Source of the DNA: a virus
Taxonomy: Duplodnaviria; Caudoviricetes
IMG/VR virus record: IMGVR_UViG_3300028883_000051
Location: 1-61,332 of that record
Length of the DNA: 61,332 nt
Strand: one strand, 5' to 3'
This document shows positions 1 to 9,395 of the stretch, piece after piece (within the stretch, counting starts at the first letter, position 1; the number at the start of each line of letters is the position of its first letter). The position numbers and the translations under genes are program-made. The notes under the pieces were generated by a model. That model was not told the DNA's origin, searched no databases, and saw only the letters and a list, made by a program, of their open reading frames with translations.

Positions 1-126
1 ATACGAATAATATCATCTTTACTCTGTATCATTAAGATTATCCTTTTTATACTGTTTAAGCATAGAACGATAGTGATCGTATTTATCATTAAAATATCGA
101 TGAATTTTCACATCGTCATAACGTAC
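1..126. repeat. Terminal direct repeat, left copy (assembly circularisation overlap)
   Basis: 1-126 is identical to 61206-61331; the final base 61332 differs from base 127. Confidence 0.95.
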
Positions 127-432
127 TACATTAGCATCTATGCCTCCTATATCTTCTAGTTCTAGTGCTATATCTTCTAATAAACCTATTATTTTAAGTA
201 ACAGCTTTTTATAGTCTTGTACCGTATTTGCGGAATTATTTTGTATATTTTCCGCAACATCATATAGATAATCACCACACTCACGTGTTATCTTTGCCAG
301 TTCTTCTACGTCATCACAAAGATCATTATGATCTTCTATGATCTTATTACAGATATGTACTTTACTGTTAAAATCATCGATACATTCTTTATATATGGCT
401 AAGAGTGTATCGATAACAATTAGATATTTCAT
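19..432 (-). CDS. Acidic helical/coiled-coil hypothetical protein (paralog family A)
   Basis: Tightly packed ORF; D/E-rich heptad pattern resembling 435..953 and 60710..61237. Confidence 0.75.
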   Translation of the reverse strand: MKYLIVIDTLLAIYKECIDDFNSKVHICNKIIEDHNDLCDDVEELAKITRECGDYLYDVAENIQNNSANTVQDYKKLLLKIIGLLEDIALELEDIGGIDANVVRYDDVKIHRYFNDKYDHYRSMLKQYKKDNLNDTE

Positions 433-434
433 AC

Positions 435-953
435 TTATATTTCTTTCTTCTTATCTTCAAGCAACTGCGCGTATTTGTTGTATACACCTTCATAATCAAA
501 AGTAATCGTAGCACGTGGATACCGGGTAGTATCCGCATCGTTATTACTGCAATCCTCTAAGCGGCGGGTAATGTTATCAAGGCTATCGATATAAAACCGC
601 AACTTTTTATCATATTTATCAATTAAGTCTAAGATATGGGGAATAGCGTGTTTATATTCGCCGTCATATTGCTTAAGAATTTTTACAAGTACATACCAGC
701 AATATGAATCATTGGTGCTATTTTCATCACGGCTGTAGTCAAGTAATCCTGAGAATAAATCCCCAAGACCTTCACTTACATCATACAGATCATATGAGCA
801 GTTTTCCGCTTCTTTAGTGACATATTCATATTCATTTACTAAATCGTCAATACTATCGCCAGCAGCATTATAATCTTCTACTAATGCCTCAATATCAACA
901 ATAGCCGCTTTGTATTCCTTAAGCAGTTGTTCTACTACATTCATACATTTCAT
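435..953 (-). CDS. Acidic helical/coiled-coil hypothetical protein (paralog family A)
   Basis: AAGGAAG RBS upstream; N-terminus MKCMNVVEQLLKEYK resembles MKYLIVIDTLLAIYK. Confidence 0.8.
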   Translation of the reverse strand: MKCMNVVEQLLKEYKAAIVDIEALVEDYNAAGDSIDDLVNEYEYVTKEAENCSYDLYDVSEGLGDLFSGLLDYSRDENSTNDSYCWYVLVKILKQYDGEYKHAIPHILDLIDKYDKKLRFYIDSLDNITRRLEDCSNNDADTTRYPRATITFDYEGVYNKYAQLLEDKKKEI

Positions 954-966
954 GGTTATCTTCCTT

Positions 967-1452
967 TTAGATGATATTATAGAATTGTACTTCTTTTGTT
1001 TGATTAACGATATAAACGGCTACATGTTTAAGTGTACTGACAAACAGGTCTTGCACATAAAGCGACCAATCACTTACACAACGGTAATTAAGGTCACTCC
1101 CACTAGGCATATACGGATAGATGGTATCCGGTATATTCCATCTCAATAACATATATTTAAAAAATTCAGTATACGCCTCCTTTTCTCTTACATAAGATAT
1201 ATTTTTTGTGAAGATTATATATGGTTGTGGCTTAGGACTAAGCTCACACAAGAAATATGCACCATATCGTGATAACCGAATACCAATGATGTTTGTCAGT
1301 ATATCGTCAAAGATAGCTTTTGGCAAACGTAGAATAAAATCCACGTTATCTTCTGTAATTACGCCATATTTAAGATTATTGGCGCTGTGGATGTATACCA
1401 CATCCACAGCCTTTTTATCGCCAAATACTTGCTTATACGTTAATTTGTTCAT
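967..1452 (-). CDS. Hypothetical protein
   Basis: 161-aa ORF, ATGA overlap with upstream gene. Confidence 0.75.
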   Translation of the reverse strand: MNKLTYKQVFGDKKAVDVVYIHSANNLKYGVITEDNVDFILRLPKAIFDDILTNIIGIRLSRYGAYFLCELSPKPQPYIIFTKNISYVREKEAYTEFFKYMLLRWNIPDTIYPYMPSGSDLNYRCVSDWSLYVQDLFVSTLKHVAVYIVNQTKEVQFYNII

Positions 1453-1745
1453 ACGTGCATATATCCTATCTGGTCACGGGTTGTGACCAAGTAAATAATA
1501 TCCATATCAAAAGAAGCATAACTGAAATATCCAAAATAATTCTGGATAAAGTGCCGTTGTTCGGTGCTCCACGTTTCATATACCTTACATAGAATAGTGG
1601 TTACACCAAGTACCTCACCATAGTTAAGGCGTAGCCACTGGTTTCTACCGTTTTGATCAACATACCAGCAAACAACTTTATCATCTACGGGGTTGATAGC
1701 TTCTTTCTTGTATAGTGCATCTGGTGTATAAGCAAACTTAGGCAT
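1449..1745 (-). CDS. Hypothetical protein
   Basis: 98-aa ORF with AAGGA RBS, operon packing. Confidence 0.7.
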   Translation of the reverse strand: MPKFAYTPDALYKKEAINPVDDKVVCWYVDQNGRNQWLRLNYGEVLGVTTILCKVYETWSTEQRHFIQNYFGYFSYASFDMDIIYLVTTRDQIGYMHV

Positions 1746-1747
1746 TT

Positions 1748-2020
1748 TTACTTTCCTTTATCCTGATATACTGTCAATATTCTCTTGGCGATAAGAACAA
1801 AATCGGTATCTTGGCCTTTGCTATGATAAGTAAGACGGAACGTATCATATGTAAAAAAAATATCCTGCTCATCATATGTATATTCACTATTGCCATTAGC
1901 AAAGTCTATCATCACTTCAATAGCGGTTTCGATTGAATCTGCTACCGCATGCAGCGTAGTGTATGGCTTTGAGCGCGTACTCTGGATATTTATTGTATAC
2001 CCTGTATTGTATCTTAGCAT
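1748..2020 (-). CDS. Small hypothetical protein (family B, divergent)
   Basis: AGGAG RBS; beta-beta-helix pattern (AVADSIETAIE) as in neighbours. Confidence 0.75.
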   Translation of the reverse strand: MLRYNTGYTINIQSTRSKPYTTLHAVADSIETAIEVMIDFANGNSEYTYDEQDIFFTYDTFRLTYHSKGQDTDFVLIAKRILTVYQDKGK

Positions 2021-2021
2021 T

Positions 2022-2285
2022 TTATTCTCCTTTTATAAAATCCAACGGTTCTATCCACGCTTGTATTTCGTGTTTTCCTTCTACATAATAGGATACATAA
2101 CCTAATCTACCGTTATAATCATAAGATGCGGGATAATGCCCTTGTTCTTTCTTAATATATTCCATTGTCCAATTAAGGGCATTTTCCCATGTATCCACTG
2201 CAACTAGTATTCTATTCATTTTATAGGTAGGCATATCTGCCTTAAGTGATACTAACCATACTTGATTTTTCTTATTTCGGGACAT
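2022..2285 (-). CDS. Small hypothetical protein (family B)
   Basis: VWLV...VAVDTWENALNW...YIKKEQG motif. Confidence 0.8.
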   Translation of the reverse strand: MSRNKKNQVWLVSLKADMPTYKMNRILVAVDTWENALNWTMEYIKKEQGHYPASYDYNGRLGYVSYYVEGKHEIQAWIEPLDFIKGE

Positions 2286-2535
2286 TTAACGTAAATTCCT
2301 CCACAGTCATAATCTGGCGTATAGACTCTGAAAAATAGGTAATAGTTATTTTATCTTTACCATACGGGTCTTTCTTAGTGGTATCTTCTAGGATTGTTGT
2401 ATTAAAATCCCACTCATACAACTGTCGATATATGTATTGTACCGCATCATTCTGATCATTAAAGATAGCGAAACATATCTGTTCTCTTGGCTTATCCGCC
2501 AAGCACCACTTTATCAGATACAAATTTTTACGCAT
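2272..2535 (-). CDS. Small hypothetical protein (family B)
   Basis: LYLI...FAIFNDQNDAVQY motif; GGAG RBS. Confidence 0.8.
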   Translation of the reverse strand: MRKNLYLIKWCLADKPREQICFAIFNDQNDAVQYIYRQLYEWDFNTTILEDTTKKDPYGKDKITITYFSESIRQIMTVEEFTLNVPK

Positions 2536-2538
2536 GGG

Positions 2539-2808
2539 TTATATTCTCCTAGTGTATTCAAACGGATATACATGGACTTTTGCCGGATACAGCCCGGCTA
2601 CATAATAGGTAAATAGCACTTCATTTCCGATATAATCAATTTGCGTGGGAATAACCGCCGATCCTTGCTCTTTCTCTATATAAGATGTTGCCCATTTAAG
2701 GGCAACATCCTTAGTTTTAGCAATACAGCGCATACTTGGTGACTCATTCCAATTAGTAGAATGACGCATATATTCTACTACTACCCATACTACCGTTTTT
2801 TCAGGCAT
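2539..2808 (-). CDS. Small hypothetical protein (family B); start moved to MPEKTV
   Basis: VWVV...IAKTKDVALKW...YIEKEQG, clearly similar to 2022..2285. Confidence 0.8.
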   Translation of the reverse strand: MPEKTVVWVVVEYMRHSTNWNESPSMRCIAKTKDVALKWATSYIEKEQGSAVIPTQIDYIGNEVLFTYYVAGLYPAKVHVYPFEYTRRI

Positions 2809-3061
2809 ATACCTTTTCCTTTGTAATGTAGCAATAATAGTTGCTACCTGTGATAAACAGTAAGGCAGGCATATTGGAACTATCTTCATAATTAACGTTT
2901 TCGATGGTAGCGCCGTCTTTACCTTTTACTTCTTGAGTAAGATAAAAAGCATATTCTACCGCTTTATCCTTATTGTCATATACGCGCATTAAATGCGGTA
3001 TTCCCCCGTTGGGGGTTGATAGGTTATTCTGCCAAAATACGCAATACACATGTTTTTCCAT
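2801..3061 (-). CDS. Small hypothetical protein (family B)
   Basis: VYCV...RVYDNKDKAVEY motif. Confidence 0.8.
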   Translation of the reverse strand: MEKHVYCVFWQNNLSTPNGGIPHLMRVYDNKDKAVEYAFYLTQEVKGKDGATIENVNYEDSSNMPALLFITGSNYYCYITKEKVYA

Positions 3062-3324
3062 TATTCACGCACCGCCCATGCCTCAACTGCATAACGGATA
3101 TAGGTATGTAACAGGTCACTATACCCGGTTATTTCATAATATCCGGGTTCGTCTTTATACAATTGTGTACGCGTAACACCTACATTACGCATGCTGTCAC
3201 GCACACAATCTATTGCTTGCTCTCGGCTTGTATAGATCGCCCAAAGTACACGGCGATCCATCCCTGATTTACGTATATATACAAGCCAAACATTATCAGC
3301 ATAGCTAAATTCGTGTTTATTCAT
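3061..3324 (-). CDS. Small hypothetical protein (family B)
   Basis: VWLV...AIYTSREQAIDC motif; AGGAG RBS. Confidence 0.8.
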   Translation of the reverse strand: MNKHEFSYADNVWLVYIRKSGMDRRVLWAIYTSREQAIDCVRDSMRNVGVTRTQLYKDEPGYYEITGYSDLLHTYIRYAVEAWAVRE

Positions 3325-4312
3325 TTTCTTTCAACTCCTTTATTGTCCATAAATAGGCCCTATAAGCCATAGACGCAGCTACACTAAACATTAGGCGGTA
3401 TTCTTTTGCATTGAATACACGCCCCCAATTATTGATATAGCGTAAATCATTTTTATGTACGTCCGGATCAATTATTACCCGGATATGCATACGAATGAAA
3501 AACGCCAGTAATTGCGCTACTAGTTCTTCTAGCGCGTATTTCTTACTACCGAATTCACCGGATAGATCGCGATCCATACGTGTAGAATGACCCGTACTAT
3601 GCCCTAATTCATGCAATAGGGCAGTAAGGTAAGCAATTTGACTAGTGAATTGATCCTTCGCCGGAAGCACAATCAAATCCCTAAGTGGCAAATAGGCCGG
3701 ATTTTCATTAGGGATATATTGTATGCTAGGATGTGACGGCATGTTATCATACCATGCCGTAAATGATGCTTTAATATCAGCATCTTCTACAAGTGGGCCA
3801 TTACCATTAATAGCCCACTTATCCAGTAGTTCCTGTTCCTCATCCTTATCGGTGAAATTCAGGTATTCGATTGGATAAGCGTAAAAGTAGCGCATCCAAG
3901 GAACAGGTTTTTTGGCGCTATCGTCGCCATTAGCTATTTGTTCATCATATTCCTTTAGTTTCTCAGCGTCAGGAATATTCCAATATTGCATTAGAACACC
4001 TGACGCACCTTTTTTAATAACATAACGCTGGCGGTATATACCATCAACTTTAATTTTACGGGCGCTTTTGCCCGTGATCTGCCCCTTTGGTATATATGCC
4101 ATGATATTGTATGGCATAATACCTTTTTGTGCCTTAAGGTAATGGCCTACCGCCATAAGGACGTTTAGCCCGCTATAGGCGTGTCCTGTTATGGCATTTA
4201 CGATAGCATCTACTGGAATCCATACGTCGGAACGATTCCAGAAAGACCCTACATTTTCATCTTGTAGATATTGCCAGATAGTATCTGCAAATTTTTCAGG
4301 TACGTATGCCAT
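3317..4312 (-). CDS. ardC: ArdC-like anti-restriction protein (ssDNA-binding N-domain plus zincin-like MPTase domain)
   Basis: N-terminal NAITGHAYSGLN and IKKGASG; C-terminal AYLPLRDLIVLP, LLHELGHSTGH, FGSKKYALEELVA, all typical ArdC signatures. Confidence 0.85.
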   Translation of the reverse strand: MAYVPEKFADTIWQYLQDENVGSFWNRSDVWIPVDAIVNAITGHAYSGLNVLMAVGHYLKAQKGIMPYNIMAYIPKGQITGKSARKIKVDGIYRQRYVIKKGASGVLMQYWNIPDAEKLKEYDEQIANGDDSAKKPVPWMRYFYAYPIEYLNFTDKDEEQELLDKWAINGNGPLVEDADIKASFTAWYDNMPSHPSIQYIPNENPAYLPLRDLIVLPAKDQFTSQIAYLTALLHELGHSTGHSTRMDRDLSGEFGSKKYALEELVAQLLAFFIRMHIRVIIDPDVHKNDLRYINNWGRVFNAKEYRLMFSVAASMAYRAYLWTIKELKENE

Positions 4313-4314
4313 GA

Positions 4315-4932
4315 TTATACCTTTACAATACCGATAGTGGTTTGAAACTGTAAATTTACATCTTGGCCGATAATGTTTAGCTTTACTACATTGTCGATTG
4401 CATTAGCAGTATATGGGAAATCGTACAATTCCCACATATCGATGCCAAAACGCTCATATAGCATATTGTCCCATTCACGCAAATACATCCATTTAAGGTG
4501 GTATTCACGCTTTTTGTATTCCGTGTCATAAAATACATAATCACCGACACCTACTTCAAGCGTCTTAAGATAGGTTATTGACGAGTTAAATGAAATTACG
4601 TGATCGGGAGGAAATAGCATTACCTCTTGGCAATTATCTGTCATTAGATAATGGGATAAAAAGCGCCGTGGGGCTGTTACCTTTGCCAATACCATCTTTA
4701 AGACAATATCAGCAACATTCTGTGGAATATCATCTTTCAAGACAAAACGGTGTACTGTCAATGTATTGCCATTAGGCGAAATTACGCCTATATGCGCATA
4801 CTCCCTATATAGATCAACATCTAATCTGTAGACCTTATCATAAATATCTACAGATACGCCGATAAAAGTCTTACCCTTACCTAATTCTGCCTTATAATCT
4901 TCTACTGCCTGCTCCACGATATTGTACGGCAT
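4315..4932 (-). CDS. Hypothetical protein
   Basis: 205-aa ORF, TAATG overlap with upstream gene. Confidence 0.75.
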   Translation of the reverse strand: MPYNIVEQAVEDYKAELGKGKTFIGVSVDIYDKVYRLDVDLYREYAHIGVISPNGNTLTVHRFVLKDDIPQNVADIVLKMVLAKVTAPRRFLSHYLMTDNCQEVMLFPPDHVISFNSSITYLKTLEVGVGDYVFYDTEYKKREYHLKWMYLREWDNMLYERFGIDMWELYDFPYTANAIDNVVKLNIIGQDVNLQFQTTIGIVKV

Positions 4933-5540
4933 TATGCTATTGTCCTTTCTTTTGACAACTTATCCAGATAGGTTGTATTAAGGTAGTTTGCTACTTCTAC
5001 CTCATCATAATAATTTGACGGTAAACGATCTTCTATTTGCCGTAAGTGGAATACGTCAAATAAATATGTATGACCGCCAATAGTCCCGAAATTTCTATAT
5101 ACCATATCTATGAAAACATCATATATATGGTATCCAGCGGTATACGCCGCATTAAGCGTATCCTCAACGATAGCATAATCAGATGTAAAATCCTGATTAT
5201 GCTGCATAGCGTCAAAACCTACTTTAAGGTCTTTCCTTATGGCAAAAAACTTATCTTCTGACATAAGGTCAATAACTTCACCGCAAAGCATATACGGCAT
5301 GGTAAAGATATGAAGTGCATCTTCCCCATTATAGGTCATAGTGGCAAAATTGCCTACATCGATCCCTAGCTCGCTGTAATACTCATAGCGCAAAGGATCG
5401 TCGGTTATGACCACTACCCGTATTTCATCACTATCAACGGGCATATAGAGATAAGCCTGTACGGTAGCACCAATACCAAGTAGGTGGTATTTGTTACCGT
5501 CTAAGCCATACGATGAATAAGGCAAATGAAAAGACATCAA
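4932..5540 (-). CDS. Possible protein-kinase-like fold protein (degenerate)
   Basis: LLGIGATVQAY (Gly-loop-like), VVVITDD, DMVYRNFG...YLFD (catalytic-loop/DFG-like spacing). Confidence 0.45.
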   Translation of the reverse strand: MMSFHLPYSSYGLDGNKYHLLGIGATVQAYLYMPVDSDEIRVVVITDDPLRYEYYSELGIDVGNFATMTYNGEDALHIFTMPYMLCGEVIDLMSEDKFFAIRKDLKVGFDAMQHNQDFTSDYAIVEDTLNAAYTAGYHIYDVFIDMVYRNFGTIGGHTYLFDVFHLRQIEDRLPSNYYDEVEVANYLNTTYLDKLSKERTIA

Positions 5541-5875
5541 CGCAATTCCTTTTCTATGGCCTTAAGAGCTTTAATCATTTCTTTGCGCTTATTGTTAATA
5601 TTGCGCAGTTCTTTCTCTATTTTCTCTTTTTCTATGGACAGGAAAAATAAGTGCAATTCCTGTCCATGCGCTTTTACATATTCAACCGCGGCGGCTACCA
5701 TGTGATTAGCATTATCACCGCTATATTGTTCAATAATACGATTATGCTCTAAATCGTACAATACAAAATATTCCTTGTATTGTACGACTACCGTCATATT
5801 ACGTCTAAACATCATATGGTACTCATTACGGGCAAAACCACTTTTTGCCCTTACATAAGCATAATATTCGGACAT
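5537..5875 (-). CDS. Hypothetical protein with C-terminal coiled coil
   Basis: Start MSEYY after AAGGA RBS; K/E-rich helical tail. Confidence 0.7.
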   Translation of the reverse strand: MSEYYAYVRAKSGFARNEYHMMFRRNMTVVVQYKEYFVLYDLEHNRIIEQYSGDNANHMVAAAVEYVKAHGQELHLFFLSIEKEKIEKELRNINNKRKEMIKALKAIEKELR

Positions 5876-5964
5876 GGCGTTTTCCTTATTACTATATCCG
5901 GGCAATCATAGGGCATAAATAAATTTATGCTCTATGGTTGCCCCCATATAGGGGGCAAAGACTA

Positions 5965-6252
5965 CTAGGCTTTAAGTGCCGCAATTACCGCCTTAATCTT
6001 ATTTTCTACATAAGCCCGATTAACGGGTCTTTCGACAAAAACAATACACTCAAACCTATATCCATATATTCCAATGGTAAGGTTTTTCCGGGTATAATCA
6101 AACACAAGCGAATAAAAATAGCCATCAACGTTATTATCGATAGCTACTTCTATTTGATATGCGTCGGCATTAGTGCTAGTTTCCAGCACGTAATCAAACA
6201 TATCTGATTGTAAAAACGTCTCAACGTTATTGAAGATATACTGTTTATTCAT
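5965..6252 (-). CDS. Hypothetical protein
   Basis: 95-aa ORF with AAAGGA RBS. Confidence 0.7.
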   Translation of the reverse strand: MNKQYIFNNVETFLQSDMFDYVLETSTNADAYQIEVAIDNNVDGYFYSLVFDYTRKNLTIGIYGYRFECIVFVERPVNRAYVENKIKAVIAALKA

Positions 6253-6289
6253 GGCTTTATCCTTTCAGGAAAATATATGGACTATAGAA

Positions 6290-6874
6290 TTACAGTTGGA
6301 TTATCTTATCCTTTACATCTTTTCCTTGCCATAGGAAAGTAAGATTATTACATAATTCAATCGGAATACGATCAATATGCTGCATATTAAATCCGAGAAA
6401 TGTAATGGTTACGCATGACTTACAATCTGGATAGATGTGAATCTGAAATTCCTCTATATCGGGGAAATAGCGGTATACTACTTCTATACCGCCGTATTCC
6501 GTAACTACCCGGTGTAGTGGCATAGCATTACCGTTTGCATATTCCGGGTCAATTATAGTATATAGCGCGTGTTCAAGGATTGTACGGAACAATTGATCAA
6601 GCGCGCCATCCTTGTAGTTATTCCAGAATAACTCTTTTTCTTCCCTATTGGTAGGGAAGCCGTACTCAGCCACTAACGCAAGTAATGCCTCATCAATGGT
6701 AAAGTAAGGCTTATCCTGAATAAATTCCTCATCGGCATAGATATTATCTTCTACCTGCATATCGCCGATTGTTCTATGCAAGTTTCCTTGCACAATACGG
6801 GTTTTAATATAACTACCCGTATCCCGCACCGACAATCTATAAACACGTTTATTTTCGGTATATTTATCAGACAT
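6290..6874 (-). CDS. Hypothetical protein
   Basis: 194-aa ORF with AAGGA RBS. Confidence 0.75.
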   Translation of the reverse strand: MSDKYTENKRVYRLSVRDTGSYIKTRIVQGNLHRTIGDMQVEDNIYADEEFIQDKPYFTIDEALLALVAEYGFPTNREEKELFWNNYKDGALDQLFRTILEHALYTIIDPEYANGNAMPLHRVVTEYGGIEVVYRYFPDIEEFQIHIYPDCKSCVTITFLGFNMQHIDRIPIELCNNLTFLWQGKDVKDKIIQL

Positions 6875-6980
6875 TATCTTATCCTTATCCTTTGCTATTT
6901 TGCGATTATAAGCGCATAAGGATTTATGCGCTTATAAAAACAAAATAGCATAGAGCAACTAGTGCCCTATGCTATAGATG

Positions 6981-7319
6981 CTACCTTATTTCGCCATTAA
7001 TAACCAAAGAAAACATCCTGTCATATCTTTGGTTTAGTTCAATAGCTTGGCTTTCTGCCTCATCTAACGTATACAGCAACTTCAGCATATTGCTGATATA
7101 TGACACGATTATCTTTTTCGTGTTTCCTGCCGGGATATAGCCGTACACTTGGCTATACAGTCTTACTGCGTCAAATTCTACAATACCGTTTGTGATTATA
7201 AGCCGGACAGCAGCACCAACGTTGTCATGCTTATTGCACATGATAACATATGTTACGGCTTCCTTGGGGGTATCCTTAATCATATTGTACATAGCTTCAA
7301 TTTGCTTTTTCCGTGACAT
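6981..7319 (-). CDS. Hypothetical protein
   Basis: 112-aa ORF with GAAAGG RBS; first clear gene of the leftward arm. Confidence 0.7.
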   Translation of the reverse strand: MSRKKQIEAMYNMIKDTPKEAVTYVIMCNKHDNVGAAVRLIITNGIVEFDAVRLYSQVYGYIPAGNTKKIIVSYISNMLKLLYTLDEAESQAIELNQRYDRMFSLVINGEIR

Positions 7320-7672
7320 AGACTAAAACCTTTCTTATGCCAACTCCCCCACGATATGTGGGGTTTCGGTTATTATGGCGAAATTTGCCTAGTACATATG
7401 TAGTTGTACGGGCGGGATTATCACCATATACATACAATAGTGTATTATATCCTGTTTGCCCTATAATCACAATAATCGTATTGTTTTTATAGTGGGGTGT
7501 TTTCCTTGCGCGTATACGCGTATATAAAGGAAAAGCACCGCCGGAAAAACAGGGGCGGCACACGATTTTATGTATATACCGATAATCTAATTTTTAAGGT
7601 TAAGCAAGGACACCGGGATAACAGTAAGTATAAAGGATAATTTGTGGTGTCCTTGCTGTATAACAATAATAA

Positions 7673-7752
7673 TAAGTAAAAAGAATTATCTACTACAAAT
7701 ACTAAGTAAAAAGAATTATCTACCACTAACACTATATACAAAAATTATCTAC
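7673..7752. repeat. Direct repeat TAAGTAAAAAGAATTATCTAC x2 (30-nt period) plus a partial third copy
   Basis: 7673-7693 and 7703-7723 identical; AATTATCTAC again at 7743-7752. Confidence 0.85.
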
Positions 7753-7795
7753 TGCTAACGTTATAGTGTTTTGTACGGATTCCCCGTACGCCCGA

Positions 7796-7824
7796 ATCTT
7801 AGCACAATTAACCCGGATTGTCAA
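7796..7824 (-). promoter_or_regulatory. sigma70-type promoter for leftward early genes
   Basis: TTGACA-17nt-TAAGAT with extended TG on minus strand. Confidence 0.7.
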
Positions 7825-8807
7825 TAGCAATAGGCGGTATAAAGACTATTTTGTTATGCAATTTTATAACTCAAAAAACAGGCTTCTATTGAGAAAGTAT
7901 TAAATAATGTTATGCATTATATATACAATAGCCGCCGGAATATAACAGTACAATAACTCTTAGAAAAAACATTTAGCAAATACTTCTACATAACAGTTAA
8001 ATTGATTATGCTATAGATAATACATAGTTTATACCAAAATAATTTATATATACAATAGATTCGAATCGCCAAAACGCGCTAATTACACGCGTGCCTACCG
8101 GGCTATTACCGCCACTAATAGCCCCCAACTCTTAACAGCGTGACTACTGCCTTATTAGCCTGGAACGAACTAACCTATTAATGGTAGTTATAGCACAATT
8201 GTGCTAAAATCAATGCTTGTGGTCAAAACATAAAACATTAACAATAATGCCGTTAATATAGGACAATGGGCGTGGGTTGTATCATGTTAGTATTAGTGCC
8301 ATTATAGGATTTTATTGTCCATGTTTTGAATAGCTATTGTTAGAATAAACCTGATCTTCCTTTATAAGGGTACGCGGGCGTATTTTAGATAATTTTTGTC
8401 ATATTACCAGGCGTATATAATCAGACTAAAATTGTATAAATAAATTAGCGCTTATGGCGTGCTATATCCCTATATGACAAATATCAAGATTCTATGTGAC
8501 AAATGACAGTATACAACCTGGCGGCAATATGAGAAGATTGAGTCAGTTCAGAGACACACCAGCACCTTAACAATCGAATAGTGCGGACGGTTATAGCTAG
8601 ATTGACTCGACAGCCTTGTGCTCGAACACTAAACCGATAAACCGTTACGTGGTCATACGATGGAATAAAGTATTTTTAGACCTTGTCACTAATACTACTG
8701 CCCACACTATGCATAGCATAGTGGGATATTCCGGGGCTATGGTTATAAGCGGCAATAGTTCGCACAACAAACAAACGAAAGCAGCACCACACTATAGGAG
8801 ACCTACA

Positions 8808-9395
8808 GTGGACGCTAAAATTAAGCGGAATATTCAAGATATACTCAATAGTGACGGCTGGGATAAAGGTGCTTTATTGGTCATTAATAAACGCCTTGTG
8901 TTCGTCACTTTCGCCCCGGATGTGGATGAAAACACAGCCGTGGAAAATGCTTTCGAATCCGGAGAAGTCTTGAATATCAGCGATCATGCTGAAGTACTGA
9001 CAATGATCAATAAGGTCGTTAGCGGTGAAACTCGCAAACGCCAAGTCTACAAGGTAGAAACCCTTGCAACAGCCGCAGGGTTTATGCAAGTGATTTACCG
9101 TAAGACAAAATCAGCATCGATCAAGCTTGTAAAGTATGTTAGTGATTTTCTGGAAGGTCAGGTTGTCGCTCTATACGCTAATATCGGTGGCGTCAACTAC
9201 CGTATGGTTAAGATGGATGACCGGGATACGGTAGCTATTGAGTACGCCAGTACTGAAATTGTGGGCGGAAAACCTGTAGCATCGTGGACGGGGTTGTCCG
9301 AATTTGAATTTACATATAACGGCATGCTGGCCCTGCAGCAATATGTTACGGACGTTCTTGGCCTATCGTCCTTGCGCAAATTGCGCAAGAACTAG
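8808..9395 (+). CDS. Hypothetical protein (GTG start)
   Basis: AGGAG RBS 7 nt before GTG at 8808; the track's longer start is unlikely. Confidence 0.75.
   Translation: MDAKIKRNIQDILNSDGWDKGALLVINKRLVFVTFAPDVDENTAVENAFESGEVLNISDHAEVLTMINKVVSGETRKRQVYKVETLATAAGFMQVIYRKTKSASIKLVKYVSDFLEGQVVALYANIGGVNYRMVKMDDRDTVAIEYASTEIVGGKPVASWTGLSEFEFTYNGMLALQQYVTDVLGLSSLRKLRKN

Noticed and set aside
7297-7563. 88-aa ORF in the leader region (and 10757..10990, 11023..11334)
   Set aside because: No convincing RBS; they overlap regulatory palindromes or real genes
7673-7752. CRISPR mini-array
   Set aside because: Only two full 21-nt copies separated by 9 nt; no spacer-length unique sequences and no cas operon
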